Origin: Camelus dromedarius
Lineage: Eukaryota
DNA length: 64,000 bases
Reading direction: 5' to 3'
Assembly (NCBI RefSeq): GCF_036321535.1
Contig: NC_087436.1
Span: 93,870,001-93,934,000, forward strand
Positions within the stretch are counted from its first letter, which is position 1, and each line of letters begins with the position of its first letter. Position numbers and translations under genes: made by a program. Below, piece by piece: positions 38,481-51,345 of this stretch. A model generated the notes under the pieces. That model was given only the letters and a program-made list of their open reading frames with translations. It did not search any database and was not told the DNA's origin.

Positions 38481-41400
38481 TCAGTAAGAGTTATTCAGTA
38501 ATACGGTTGTCACATTAAGTGGTAGGGTAACAGAATAAGTAGAGGTGATAGCTATTTTTGACATTTGAACTATGTGAGATACTTTATAAAGACAATATTT
38601 TTGATAAAATGAACCATGAATAGATAAAATGCCTCAGGAATATATGTCTAATTAGTATTCTATGGATGCACTTTCTTTTACAAATTGTGGTATTAATAGC
38701 CTTGAACATCTGCAGTCACTTTTCTGGAAGGATTGCTGTCCTTTCTATGGCAGATATTTTCTATTCCTTTAATCTGCAGCTTCCCTGTAAGTTCTTTATT
38801 GTCCCTCTTGCTAAGAATAGTAGCCTTTTTCTGCTGTGTTTTCAGAACCTTTAACCTCCACTTCCACCATAAAATTCATAACCATTACCCAAACAGTACT
38901 GCCTGAGACTTTTCCAACAAAACTTTCTCTTGGTGAGTCTGTGACTTGATTTCTGTGAATTGTAATAAATTCCAGAATTCTTATATTGCCTATTATTATC
39001 AAACTAGCACAGTTTTACAAGATTAAGTTAGTCCAATGGCAAAATTTCTAAATAAGAGAACTCTAAAAACCTAAGAAATATATTCTCAAAGATTTGTAAA
39101 GAGAAGCTAGAGCAGAGGTTGAGGTGAGGAGGGCATACAATAATTAGTAAGAAAAGGAATCTTGAAACGTGGGTGTAAATCAACCTGCATACAGCCTTGT
39201 GGTAGAGTACGGGGATCCAGAATGACTTGGAGCAGGTATTCACGTAGGAACCTGTCTCTGCAGGTTAGGTCTTCAGAAAAAAGGAAATACGGCTAGTGAA
39301 GATATAAGTGTGGCTCCCAGTTATTAATGAAAGGGTGACTCAGAACTTTAACAGCTCTGAGAAAAAATTGGGGCACCACCCACCTGGGCTAGTCTTTAGA
39401 CCTGGGAGTTGGGGTAACTGCACTTAGCAGAGGGGAGGAAATAGAAGAGCAGAAACTCAGGTTTGGGAAGGGAAAAGGACACTCCAGAAATACTTACCTC
39501 TTCTCCTACACCAAGGACAGAGGTGTTTTGACCCCCAAAGACAAAAAATAGCATCAGCCATGGTGGGTGATTTCAAAAAAGAAATGTAAATTCCCCAAAA
39601 GAAAGAGTTGGAGCAATAGCTCAACCATGTCAGCATTGATGGGGAAACATGTCAAGTGATGTTTGCGCTGATGTTTTCGGTTTAAATAATCTGTGGAATT
39701 ATCGAAGGGCCCATCCAGTGTTTAGTGTATTGTGTCTCTAAGAAAACATACTCTCAGTTGAAAATGAGGCTGGAGTACAGGCTATTTTTCATTTGTGGCA
39801 GCTTGTATCCAGGTAGCCACCTCTTTCAAATGCATAATACCTTTAGCAGAATCTGACTAGTCACACAGTGCAGAGGGACTGGCAAATTAAACATTTAATG
39901 GTCATGAACAGAAATGTCCATTTTTATTTTTATAAAGATACTAACTGCATAGTTACAAGGAATAACAAAAGGAATGTAGTTACTGAAGTCAGTTCTTTCC
40001 TGGATTGGGTCTGAAACATTCTGAACATATGGATTGTTTGCTGTTGGTAATGAAATGTGCTGTAGAGGCAGGCCACATCAGGTCATGTAACAAAATTAAA
40101 TCTGATGAGCAAGGAGTTGCCAACATTGGTCAATCCAGATTGATAATGTAGTTGTTGGTCTTTCATTTCCTAAACTTATTTCAGGTAATAGAGCAGGGGA
40201 CCTGATCACTCTTTGTTATTTCAGATGAAAATGAATGAACAAAAAAAGAAGTGATGGGCTCTGTGGAATTATTTGCTGGGATTAAGTTAGATGGGTTTCA
40301 GAGATGGAGACATCTCTGCTTCCTGTGGTAACTTGAAAAGCATTCCAAATATTACCCTGGTCAAGACATACATTTCCCTTAGTGTCTTTGCATTTTCAAG
40401 TTAAAATCTAACTTTTTTCCAATTTTAGAAAAAGATGAAAGGCCATCTTCATTTTGAGTGATATTACCTGAAAACAGCAATTTTTCCTAAATGGCAAAGA
40501 ATCCCCCAATTATTTCAAAGAATGTCTGAAACACCAAAAGCTGGAACCACTGGATTAGCTCGGAATTCAGGAGTCCTCTGTGACAGAGAACTAGATCAAG
40601 TTTTTTGTTTTTTTTTTTTTTCAAGACCAGAGATTAAGGAAGTCCATCTTCAAAATATACTTGAAAAGCCTTCAGAGCATGCCAGTGTAGGAAGCCAGCA
40701 AACTGGTGCGACTGAGGATTAACATCTATACAGGATGGTTGGTTAATAATGCTCCTGAAGTCAGAGAGTATTTGTTCCTCTGACTCATGTGGGTCAACCA
40801 GAGGGCAGGATATGGGTAGGGTGGGGGAGGGGTGGTAGCCTGTAGCCGTTAATACTGTATTCTAAAATTATTATTGATTTTATATACTTTTAATGATAAT
40901 GTAGAATTTATCTTAAAATTTCAAATAATCTTAAAGCAAGAGGGGAGATTTTTATATTGATTAAATAGATGCATTGATTAAAGTGTACCACATGTTGCAT
41001 AAGGACCATTGAGGTCCCTCATTTAGACTCCTTTTTGCAAAGAGTTCAAGGCAGGCCTTTCAAATAGATTCATCATGATTCACAATACTTACAGTCATTT
41101 AAACTACAATCTCAAGAGAAATGATAAAATCAAAATCTTCCTATCTAACCACTAGTGACTCTCAACTTTTACTCTATGAGAATGTCTGCCCTTTCTTCAA
41201 AGTATCTACCTTTGTTAATAGTAAAAGAGACGTAGCTAACATCCCAGTGGTCCTTTTCCACAAGAAGGGGAAGTCTGCTTTCAAAGTACCAACAACTTCT
41301 ACCACCACACACTGTCACTGTGTTCAAAAGGAAGAGTATAGTCAGAGCAAGCTTCCAGAATATGTAGTTCCTCATAGAGCATGTTCAACTGGACCACTGT

Positions 41401-42172
41401 GGACCACAGACCCTTTCAAGTACATTTCATAGCCCCACAATGACTTATCTGAAGCCTCCACTCAAAGCTTACTCTGGATGGAAGGGTCTGATTGAGACAG
41501 TAAAATTGTACAAGTGTGCCTCCAAGCATCTCCACTCAAAGCTTCCACTGAGCCATGTAGTTGGTCTGGTTAGATCACCAGGCTTTGGACAGGTATCATG
41601 ACTTCCTGCTTTAAATGCATGCCCATCAAGCTTTTAGGTATCATTGCCATTACATCACAAAGAAGCCTTTACACTGTCAGAAAGTTCTAGATAAATGGTT
41701 CCCAACCTTCTTCTTTATTAGAATCTTCTTACTAACAACAACACATTGTTACTTTATTTGGAGTTTTAGTATTTATTGAGTGAGAAAACTACATAACTGC
41801 AAAAAAAAATTACTATCAACCTAAAATTGAGAATTAACTTGTTAATCAACATTATCTATAGGTATTTTTTAAAAAATAATAGCTATACCTGAAACATAGT
41901 CAATCTTCAGGCAAGATTTGAACACTTGTTTTACCTAAGGCTCTTACAGTTGCAAATAACAGAAAAAAACTCTCCCCAAAATAGATTAAAAGGCTCCAAG
42001 GAAGAGATGAACACCAAGCCTTGGGAAGGGTCATAGTCAAGAGCAGTTCATGGCTTCATTCTGTCTGCCTAGTGGACAAGAGTGAACTCATCCCAGAGAA
42101 TTACATCCTCCCATGAGGAAAGATATTAAGAAATACACTCAAATCCTATAATTTTTTCCTGAAGATCACACA

Positions 42173-42550
42173 GTATTAGTTGGCTAGGGCTGCCATAACA
42201 AAATTCCATAGTCTGAGTCGCTTAAACAACAGAATTTTTTTTCCTCACAGTTCTGGAAGGTGGAAGTTCAAGATCTAGGTGCTGGCAGGCTTCTCCTAAG
42301 GCCTCTCACCATGGCTTGCAGATTTCCACCTTCTCACTGTGTGCTTACATGGTATTTTCTCCATGTGCACATCTCTAGTGTCTCTTCCCCTTCTTGTAAG
42401 AACATTAGTCATATTGGATTAGGGTCACCCTTATAATCTCATTTAACCTTAATTGCTTCTTTAAAGGTCCTATCTCCAAATACAGTCACATTGGAAGGGT
42501 AGGGCTTCAACATACGAATTTTGAAGGAACACAATTTAGTCTATAATAGA
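42173..42550 (-). mobile_element. MLT1A-like (MaLR) solo LTR
   Basis: gtattagttggctagggctgccataacaaaattccata...cacagttctggaagg...tctccaaatacagtcacatt...gggcttcaacata. Confidence 0.92.
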
Positions 42551-43167
42551 CACCATATCTATCTGGTTTTTTCTCTGTAGGACATATAAATTGCCATTGG
42601 CCAAAAGCACAAGAATTCTTCCCAGGCTAGTTACCTTATAAAGTAGGTAGGATTATACAGTTTTGATAACTCAGAGTTGAACACCAAAGAAGCACTGACT
42701 CAGGAACGTCACACTTCACAGGAACACCTCCTGGCAGATGTAAGTACTGCTACTTCTCTAGCTGCTCATTTTGCGGTTCCAATCAGCAAGGAGTCCCATG
42801 ATTAGCATATCAAGGCTGCTGTATAGAATTTTTTAAATATCTGTGGAATTATAGAATATATCCAAGACCAAATGGAGGGAATCCATTCACCTCTTTTTTG
42901 ACATCCAAATTAGGGAAAAGCAAGGAAACACTATACACACGGCTCATTACAACCAAATTATTTCTTTAAATGAAATAATACCAGTCCTCATAGGTTTGAA
43001 TGCCATTGTCATGGGAAAAAATGAGAAAAGTAGGGAAGAGTTATGTGTTATTTAGTGAAAACTGGAATTTGAACAAAATCTTATTTGAAACATAAGGAAA
43101 GAAAAAACATTGAGACTTAAGACTTTTCTCAAACTTCCAACCAACTTGGACTGAGTCAAAACAAATA

Positions 43168-43427
43168 CAGTTGACCTGTGAATAACTCAGGGACTGGGGC
43201 GCCAAACTTCCACACAGGTGAAAATCTGTGTGTAATTTATAGTTGGCCCTCTGGATTCTGGCTCCTGGTTCCTCCCTATGCAGTGTTCTTCCATATCTGT
43301 GGTCCAGCATCCATGGGATTCAATCAACCTCAGATAGTATAAGTACTATACTATTTACTTTTGAAAAAAATCTTCTACAAGTTGGCTGCACATTTCACAC
43401 CTGTGTTTGTTGTTCAAGGGTCAATTG
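43168..43427 (+). mobile_element. Tigger2-derived MITE (Tigger2a_Art-like, Tc1/mariner-pogo)
   Basis: TIRs cagttgacctgtgaataac / gttgttcaagggtcaattg; TA on both sides (43166-67, 43428-29). Confidence 0.88.
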
Positions 43428-45114
43428 TATATGAACTCTCAGATCAAAGACAAAAAACTGAAAGGCCTTTACCAAACAAGGCTAAGCCACAAAAAGATCT
43501 AAACTACAGCTATATATAATTCCAATATGAAAGAACTATAATTCAAACCTTATTATTTTTAAAAAATGTGAATTTTCATTTGGGCTTATCATTTCTGTCC
43601 CCTCTAATTATGTGCCAAAATAAACAGAATTGTCCATATTCTGGTACATAAAATCACTTTTATGATGTTGCCTTACCTGCTGTTAATTATCACATGAATA
43701 ATATCATAAAATATAACATTAATAGAAATTAGTAGTTTTAAGTCTTAGTCCAAGGAAGAAAACCTCTTTCACTAGTTAAATGCACCTACAAGCACCGGCC
43801 CCTCCTCGGCACAAGCACTGCTGGTTCTCAGCAAGGAACAGTCAGTCCCAGAGGTGCCTGGGTATTATTGAACGCAGATAGGTAATTACCGACTCTCGCA
43901 TTTTCCTGGTTGACTCTGCACACTGTTGATTGGTGTGCTCAGGCAATTTGATGTTTTCTCTGCACTGGTTTCTGAACACAAAGAGCTCTGTTGTGCCTGT
44001 TGAGAGCCATCTTAGAAATAAAAGAACCCAAAGTCCATGTTCCAAATTAGCAAGTTCTGTGCCACATGAACCTTAGGGGATCTACATTAAGCAGGCAAGG
44101 CAAAAGGTATCTTGTTTGCAATTATAAGATCTTTTTTATCGTAGCTGAATCTCTGTCCTCATCAAGTCTTTGCAGTCTTGCATTGACAGCTAATGGGACA
44201 GAAGCCAGGTTTAGTTAGCCTTTGCCTTAAAGGATCCTGATTTCTAGGTCCATTTGTCTGTGCAATCATGACTAATGAAAAAAAACCCACCTCTATTTAT
44301 TTCTGCTGCTATACTTGCTAGTAAATATGGATGACCATATTGACACCAGAGGGTCAAAGGCAGGCTGAAAGTCTCTGGCAAAGGTAAGAAGTTTAGAATG
44401 AGAAACAATTTTGGTGTAAGAGTGGGAAAACAGGCACTTATATGTGGTAGAGGAAGTGCACTATGTGATGACGTGAGTGTGAACTATAGCCTTGATCATC
44501 TGTAACATAGTCAACCCAAATAACCGTATCTTGAAATTAATTCATACCTCCATCCCACTCCCCTTTTATTTTTCCTGAGTCTTAAAATGTGCAGAAGCCA
44601 TTTCTTCCCCATTTTAAGGTGGCAGGACTTGAGTCAATCCCCAGAGTTCAGTTGGAATCTGTACTATAAAAGCCTGAGCTCAAAGTCCTGTGTCGATGAA
44701 CTCCACCAAATTACATGGGAAGGAAGAGGAAGAGAAATCTTTGCCAGAATTATTTGATAAGAGAGAGTTAAGTCATATGCTCAGAAGGAAAAGGGGGAAC
44801 TCAATCTTTTCCTTATTAAATTAGGTCAAATAGAACTTCCAAATCAAATCATCCAATCAATGCTCCAATTAAAATAGAGATCACTTATGTGTGAATTACT
44901 GTTTTAACACCCATGAATATGAAAAAGATAGTAAGTATTTACCATAGACAATTTACCATAGAGTTGTCTTATACTTGACTCAATGAGTAGCTCATATACT
45001 TATCTGCTCCCTGCACCACAGGGTCCTTATCCGTAAAAGTGGCTAAATGATTGTCTACAATTTTATGCATATAAATTACTTCTAGTTTTCAAGGAAGAAG
45101 ATTTCAAGTCTGGT

Positions 45115-45594
45115 GATTATTTTATGTCATATGACATAGATGACCTTAAGAAAGGAAGATTGTCTGGGTAGGTCTGGTCTAAATACTTGAGCCCTGAGAA
45201 ACAGCCCTTAAATGGCTGAGAGCAGAAGTCAGATATACTCCGTGTGGGACTTGGTTTGAAGGATGGAGAGGCCACTGGAGAAAGAATGCAGGCAGCCTTA
45301 AAGAGCTGAGAGAGGCCCTCAGCTGACAGCCAGCAAGGAAACAGGGACCTCAAACCTACCACTGCCAGGAACTGAACTCTGCCAAGAACACGAATGCCCT
45401 TGGAAGAGGACCCTGAGCTCTAGGTGAGAACGCAGCTGATTGATACACTAACTTCAGCCTTCTGAGACAGAGCAGAGAACCCAGTTATACTACCTTGAGC
45501 TTCTGACCTACAGAATTGTGAAATAGGACATGGGCGTTGTTCCAGTCCTCTAGACATGTGCGAATTTGTTATGCAGCAGGAAAAAACTGATACA
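45115..45594 (+). mobile_element. MLT1 (D/E-like) LTR
   Basis: cagctgacagccagcaaggaaacagggacctca, ggaactgaactctgccaa, cttctgacctacagaattgtga; ends aactgataca. Confidence 0.9.
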
Positions 45595-46309
45595 GCATTA
45601 GTATCTCCCTTTTTCATGGAAGAGGAAACTGCAACTCAAAAAAGTTAAGTAAATTGGTTAAAACTGTCTCGTGATTGTGGTGAGGGCAGGATCTGATTGA
45701 GGCCTGACTTCCCAGCCAGTTCACCTTTCTCAGTCGCTGCTACACCACCTACCGTGGGGGTGCAGGCGGACCTTCCACCCTCTGCTAGGTAATGTGTTCA
45801 CCAGCCAGGAGCCATGGAGGCAAAAGGAATAAGGCTCTCCAACTGAGGAAAGGGTGACTCAGATTCTTATTTTTAGAAACCAACGTGAAACTACTAGCTG
45901 AACAATAGCTTGGATTTTTACAGTGATCTGGACCCATGGGAGTGGCCCTCACTGTCTGCTCTGTTAAGATGTATTAGTTGGTGTCTTTCTTAGGCTACAA
46001 GCACTAGTGGTTGATTTCCAAATAAGTGGAGCTGAATGAATTTAGACAGATTAACATTCTAACAGCAAGAAATGGGAAGAAAAGCAAATCCTGTGGTGCT
46101 TGTTAACGTATTGAAACACACTCAATAAAACCCCTCTCCCCAAGGCCTAGCTTTATGAATATTCACCTTATAAAGAAAGGTCAGTTTAAAAAGGGGGAGT
46201 TTTAAAGAGCAATTACCACCAGGATCTGACCCCATCTTTAAAAGTCTTTAAAGATGACTCCTGGGCTTCTGATTATAATAACTAGGTAGTTAATTTTGCC
46301 AACTGAGAC

Positions 46310-46775
46310 TACCTCTGTGACCTTTCTTCCTCCTTCCTGTTTGCTCCTTTCCAGCCACAGGGCCCTGGGGCATTCCTTAGAATGTGCCAAGCCCTGTGCT
46401 GCCTTGGGACCTTTGCTCTGCTGTTCCGTATGGCCTGGAACATTCTTCCTCTAGTTCCTGCCCTTAATTCACTCAGATCACCATTCCACTGGCATCATAC
46501 TCAAGTGTCTTTCCCTGATCATCTTGCTTAAGGCAGTCGCACTCCCTGCCTGTCACTCTCTCCTTGCTCTGCTTTATTTTTCTTCATAGCACTTTGGCCA
46601 CCTGATACTTCTCACACATAAAAATATATCTGTTATCACCTGTCTCCCACACTAGAATGTAAGCTCCAGAAAGGTGGAGAGGATTTCTTTGTTTTATTCG
46701 TTGCTGTATCCCAGTGTCCAAAATGGTTCATGGCATGTAGCAGAGACTCAAATCTTAATCGAATGAATTAATGAA
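46310..46775 (+). mobile_element. L2 3' end
   Basis: cccacactagaatgtaagctccagaaagg...ttgctgtatcccagtgtcc...gaatgaat. Confidence 0.85.
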
Positions 46776-46979
46776 CCAGGAACAAAAGCATTACATGTGT
46801 TTAAATAATTTTTGTTGCTTTTGTTTGTTTGTTTAAATAATTTGTCACTCTTGAGGAATCTCTGCAACTGCTTTGTTTTCTCTCTCTCTTTTTTTTTTAA
46901 AGCATTTGCTAACCTGTTCAATACGGAAACGATACTTGATTGCATGGTTGTACAAAGTCCAGAACAAAAAAACAAGATT

Positions 46980-47029
46980 AAGAACTAGAGACAAAAAAAA
47001 AAAAAAAAAAAAAAAAAGAACTAGAGACA
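46980..47029 (+). mobile_element. Solo poly(A) retro-insertion with TSD
   Basis: aagaactagagaca (46980-46993), A-run to 47017, aagaactagagaca (47016-47029); preceded by TT. Confidence 0.8.
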
Positions 47030-47144
47030 GACTAAGGATGAAATTCTTCCTTGCCTTTCAATAGTCATATGACCTTAGAAAAGTCATTTGTTTCTCTTGG
47101 CTTCAGACATCTTATCTTTTAAATGGAGACAGTGATAGAGTCCC

Positions 47145-47295
47145 TTTTTTTTCATTTTTTTAATTGAAGTATAAGTGAGGTACAATATTGTATAAGTTAC
47201 AGATGTACAACATAGTGATTCACAATTTTTAAAGGTTGTATTTCACATATAGTTACTACAAAATACTGAACATATTCCCCGTGTTATAACATGCA
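47145..47295 (-). mobile_element. Short L1 3' end inserted in a MIR
   Basis: T-tail then aattgaagtataag...tgtacaacatagtgattcacaatttttaaagg; TSD tgatagagtc (47133-47142 / 47298-47307). Confidence 0.85.
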
Positions 47296-47659
47296 AATGA
47301 TAGAGTCTTATTTGAAGGGCCAAAGCAAATGGGATATGGAGGTTGCTTCCTACACTAAGAGCCTTTGAAATTAGAATTCAGTTGGTAGGGAATCAGGGAG
47401 TATCAGTCTTAGCCTTCCCAATGTTAAACGTAAACTGAGTATGTAACTCTGGGCAAGTCCTTTAACCTCTAGGCCTTCAAAGAAACCAACATTTTTTTGA
47501 GGTCCCCTTGAAATGAGGTCCAGTCACTAGCAGGGGTGGGAGTGGGGGAGGGGCAGGGTCAACCAGATGTTGTGGTGTTTGCAAGACCTTGATCTCTGTC
47601 CCTACAGGGCATTGGTCTACCTGTTGTTTGGTGGGGGTGAGCTCAAGACTAAAACGTTG

Positions 47660-48660
47660 GTTCAGTAAATATTTTCTGAGCACTTGCCATGTGCTGTGTG
47701 CTAGAGGATATCACAGTGAACATTGCAGATAAGGTTCCTGCCCTCTTACATTCTAATTGTAGGAAACAGATGATAAATGGGTAAATTATAAATGAATCAA
47801 GACAAATAATAAGTTCTAGGAAGGAAGCAGAAGAATGATATAATAGAGAATGGCACATAGGAACTATTGGGCTAATTTGGATCAGGGAAGCATTTAAACT
47901 GAGCTTTAAAGGATGAGAAAAATATAGCCACAGGAAGAACATTTCAGGCAAGGGGAAGGCAGGCATACCATCATGGTCTTGAGAATGGAAAGAGATGTTC
48001 TAGGACCTGACAAAGGCCAGTGTGCAAAGGGTGTAGTGACTGAGGGGGCAGTGGCATGAGATGAGGCCATGAGGCAGGCAGGAGCCACTTTATGTGAGTG
48101 AGGCCTCACGGCCATGACTTAAGGTGACCAGTCACCCCTATTTGCCCAGAACTGAAGAGCTTCCTGGGAAGCAGGACTTTTAGTGCTTAAATCAGGAAAG
48201 TCCTGGGCAAGATGGGATGAGTTGGTCACCCTCACCATGGTAGAGGGTCGTACTTTACCTTGTCTGCAACAGGAAGTCACTGAAGAGTTTTAAGTAGGGA
48301 AATGTGTCCTGATTTCTCTTTTCAGAGGTCACTCTAGGCTTCTGTGTGGCAAATACATCAGAAAGGAGTGAAAGATGGAAAAGGAGGAGGCCAATTAGCC
48401 AATTCTTACAATCCTTTGTGCAAGAGAGGGTGGTGGGTTGAAATAGACTGGTGGCATTGAAGATGGAGAGATGTGGATGGATACAAGGTACATTTTGGAG
48501 GTAGAATGAACAGGACTTGGGAATGTATGTTTGTGAAGGAAAAGTCTTTAAAGATGACTCCTGGGCTTCTGATTGTAATAACTAGATAATTAATTTTGCC
48601 AACAGAGGGAAATCTGAGAAGGACCAGATGTGGAAGTTGGGGGATGGTGGGGACGGAGGT
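47660..48660 (-). mobile_element. L2 remnant
   Basis: ttcagtaaatattttctgagcacttgccatgtg...aggttcctgccctc...attttggaggtagaatgaacaggactt...aagatgactcc. Confidence 0.85.
48120..48233 (+). mobile_element. MER81-like hAT-Blackjack MITE nested in L2
   Basis: TIRs aaggtgacca / tggtcaccct; internal ttgcccagaact...aaagtcctgggcaa inverted symmetry; about 114 bp. Confidence 0.85.
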
Positions 48661-49134
48661 ATATAGAGTTCCACTGGGAAGAAAATGTGATACTTGGAGT
48701 GAAGGCACTCTTATTGTTAATGTTCAAAGTATTTTGTAAGCAGTAGCTAATTAGTTCTCATAACAGTTTTTCTGAGTTGTTAATTACCTGAGCCCCATTT
48801 TACAGGCTCTGGAGAAGAGCAAGTGTCTGTAATTTGCCTAAGGCTAGAGTAAATTATAGAACTTAACAGCAGCACCAATTAATTCCTGGTAGTCCTATGC
48901 TCTGCCAGTCTTTCTTAAAAGAGTAGCTCTTTTGGTTAGGATGAGTAAATCAAATGCTATTTTGAAAGAGTAAGTCATGGATTTTGAGGTTAATAGACCC
49001 AGAGTCAAGTTTGACTTTGCCCCTTATTACTGATGTGATATGGACACATATATAATAACAATACCTTCGAGCCTTCAGTTTCCAATAAAATAATACTTAT
49101 AGAATCAAATACTGAACATGTTCTCATTTCTACT

Positions 49135-49395
49135 GTATCCTCTGCCTAGAAACATTTTTTCCCCCAGAAAACCAACTGTCATCATATTGGAGAGAACGTC
49201 TCTGATCATCCTGCAATAAATTAGCAGCACCCCCACCCTTTAGCCTCATTTGATTTCTCTTTATAGCACTTTTTACCACCTGACCTATTATATATCCATT
49301 TCCATAAGATCAGGGATTTTGTCTACTTTGTTTCCTGTTGTGTCTAGAATGCTGCCTGGCACAAAACTGCTCAGTATTTGTTGAATGAATGAATA
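49135..49395 (+). mobile_element. L2 3' end
   Basis: cagggattttgtctactttg...ctagaatgctgcctggcac...tatttgttgaatgaatgaat. Confidence 0.8.
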
Positions 49396-49941
49396 AGTTA
49401 AATGAAAATTTGTATATACTAAAACCCTCTGCACGATGTCTGCCATGATAGGAACTCAATAATAGTTATCCAAATACAAATTGAGAAACATACTCAATTT
49501 TATATATTCCTTGTCTAAGAAACTATTTTAATGGTATTTCTTTGTATATTATATTAAGGATAAGTCTTTAGCTATTTCTTGAAAAGTTATTTACCAATTT
49601 CGTGCTTCATTTGATCCACATAAGGAAAGACAGTCTTTGCTGTTCCATGGTAACTTGAATCGTCATTTTGTGGATTACAGTTATGTGGTTATGAGAACAA
49701 ATCAGTTAATGCAGTGACTCACAAACAGTATGTGCATGAACAAACAAAACTGACCAAAGGTTCGAAAGTATGCTACCACCACTTAGACAGGGATGAAAAT
49801 TTTATTTTTAAACAATTGAGATGAAAATCGAGTTATAGATGCTTTGTCATCTCCCAGACCGCCCAGGGAGGAAAGCTACAAATAATTTTTCCTCTGTAAA
49901 AGTACTCAGCTTCTCAGTAGTAATTTTATTATAAAACATTC

Positions 49942-50331
49942 TTTTTTGATGTTATTCCCAAATAAAATTTGTATCTTTATTTTTTTTTTTAGATTCCACA
50001 TATAAGTGACATCATGTGATATTTGTCTTTCTCTGTGTGACTTACTTCACTTAATATGATAATCTCTAGGTCCATACGTGTTGCTCCAAATGGCATTATT
50101 TCATTTTTTATGGCTACGTAGTACTCCATTATATGTATATATACCACTACTTTCTCCAGTCATCTGTCAATGGACATTTAGGTTGTTTCCATGTCTTGGC
50201 TATTGTAAATAGTGCTGCTGTGAACACTGGGATGCATGTGTCTTTTCAAATTAGAGTTCCCTCCAGATATATACCCAGGAGTGGGATTGCTGGATCACAT
50301 GGTAAGTCTATTTTTAGTTTTTTAAGGAACC
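49942..50331 (-). mobile_element. Camelid/artiodactyl-type L1 fragment (ORF2 end)
   Basis: tagattccacatataagtga...tatacccaggagtgggattgctggatcacatggtaag; possible TSD aaaacattc (49933-49941 / 50332-50340). Confidence 0.88.
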
Positions 50332-50409
50332 AAAACATTCATTCTTAATTTCTCTATTTTAGTAGTATGGGCCTTACCATTCTTACTACTTTCTTTCTTT
50401 TAACCTCAT

Positions 50410-50690
50410 CTTTAAATAGTTGCTCAAATGCCACCATAGAGGTGAGGCCTGTTCTGACCACTCCCCCTCCTGCCCCCAGTACTTCTGGTCTCCCTTATGC
50501 TGCTCTAGTTTTTCAAACCACAGCACTTGCCACCTTAAAGCCATTATATAGTTTACCTACTTACTATGTTTATTGTCTGTATGTTCCGAATTAAAATGTA
50601 AACTTCATGAAGGCAGGAATTTTTATCTATTTTGTTCACTTACATCTGCCCAAGGCCCAGAACATACTCTGTCACATCATAGATGAATGA
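50410..50690 (+). mobile_element. L2 3' end
   Basis: ctcaaatgccaccatagaggtgaggcct...aaatgtaaacttcatgaaggcaggaattttt. Confidence 0.75.
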
Positions 50691-51099
50691 TAAAACCAAG
50701 CAAAATTATAAGGTTGTTGAAGGTTAGGGAGCCGAGATGGAAACTGCAGTACCTGGTCTCAAGTCACACCAGACAGTTGTAGTAGCATAATCCCAGCATG
50801 ATGCCAGTGTGACTTCCAACCATGACATCAGCCAAGGATGTCACTGTCTCTTCTGCTTCTCCCCTAAACCCCCCAAGCATTCGTATCTACCTGGTCACCA
50901 GCCCCTGGTTCAGTTATTTTCCTGGCCACTTCTATTTTATTAACTGTCTCTTCCCCATCTTCCTGATTTTCTATCTTCCCTCCTTCATTAAGAATAAAGA
51001 AATGAATGAAACATCAATTGATGAATCACTCAACAGATGTTTGCTATTTACAACTAACGTTTACTGAGTATCTGCTATTTATTTAGCACCAGCAGGCAT

Positions 51100-51345
51100 A
51101 CAGTATATCCTAGTGGTTGAACCAGCAACTTTGGGGTTGGACAGTCTTCGGTTAAATCCTGGCTTTGCCTATTACTAGCTTGCTGACTAGGGACGGTCGC
51201 TTAACTCCAGTTTCCCCATGTGTGAAATGGAGGTAATAATGACATGTGCCTCAGAGGCTGTTCTGAAGAATCAGTGAGAGTGTGAGTATGAAATACTGAG
51301 AAGATTGCCAGACACAAATTAGGTGATCCATAAACATTAGCCCTT
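51100..51345 (+). mobile_element. MIR SINE
   Basis: tagtggttgaacc...ggttaaatcctggctttgcctattactagct...cagtttccccatgtgtgaaatgg. Confidence 0.8.

Noticed and set aside
40103..40205. Box C/D snoRNA-like TGATGA...CTGA
   Set aside because: Box C lacks the leading purine, there is no terminal stem, and I recognise no guide sequence.
41121..41432. 103-aa ORF or processed pseudogene candidate
   Set aside because: No recognisable protein on either strand, and no poly(A) tail or flanking TSD.
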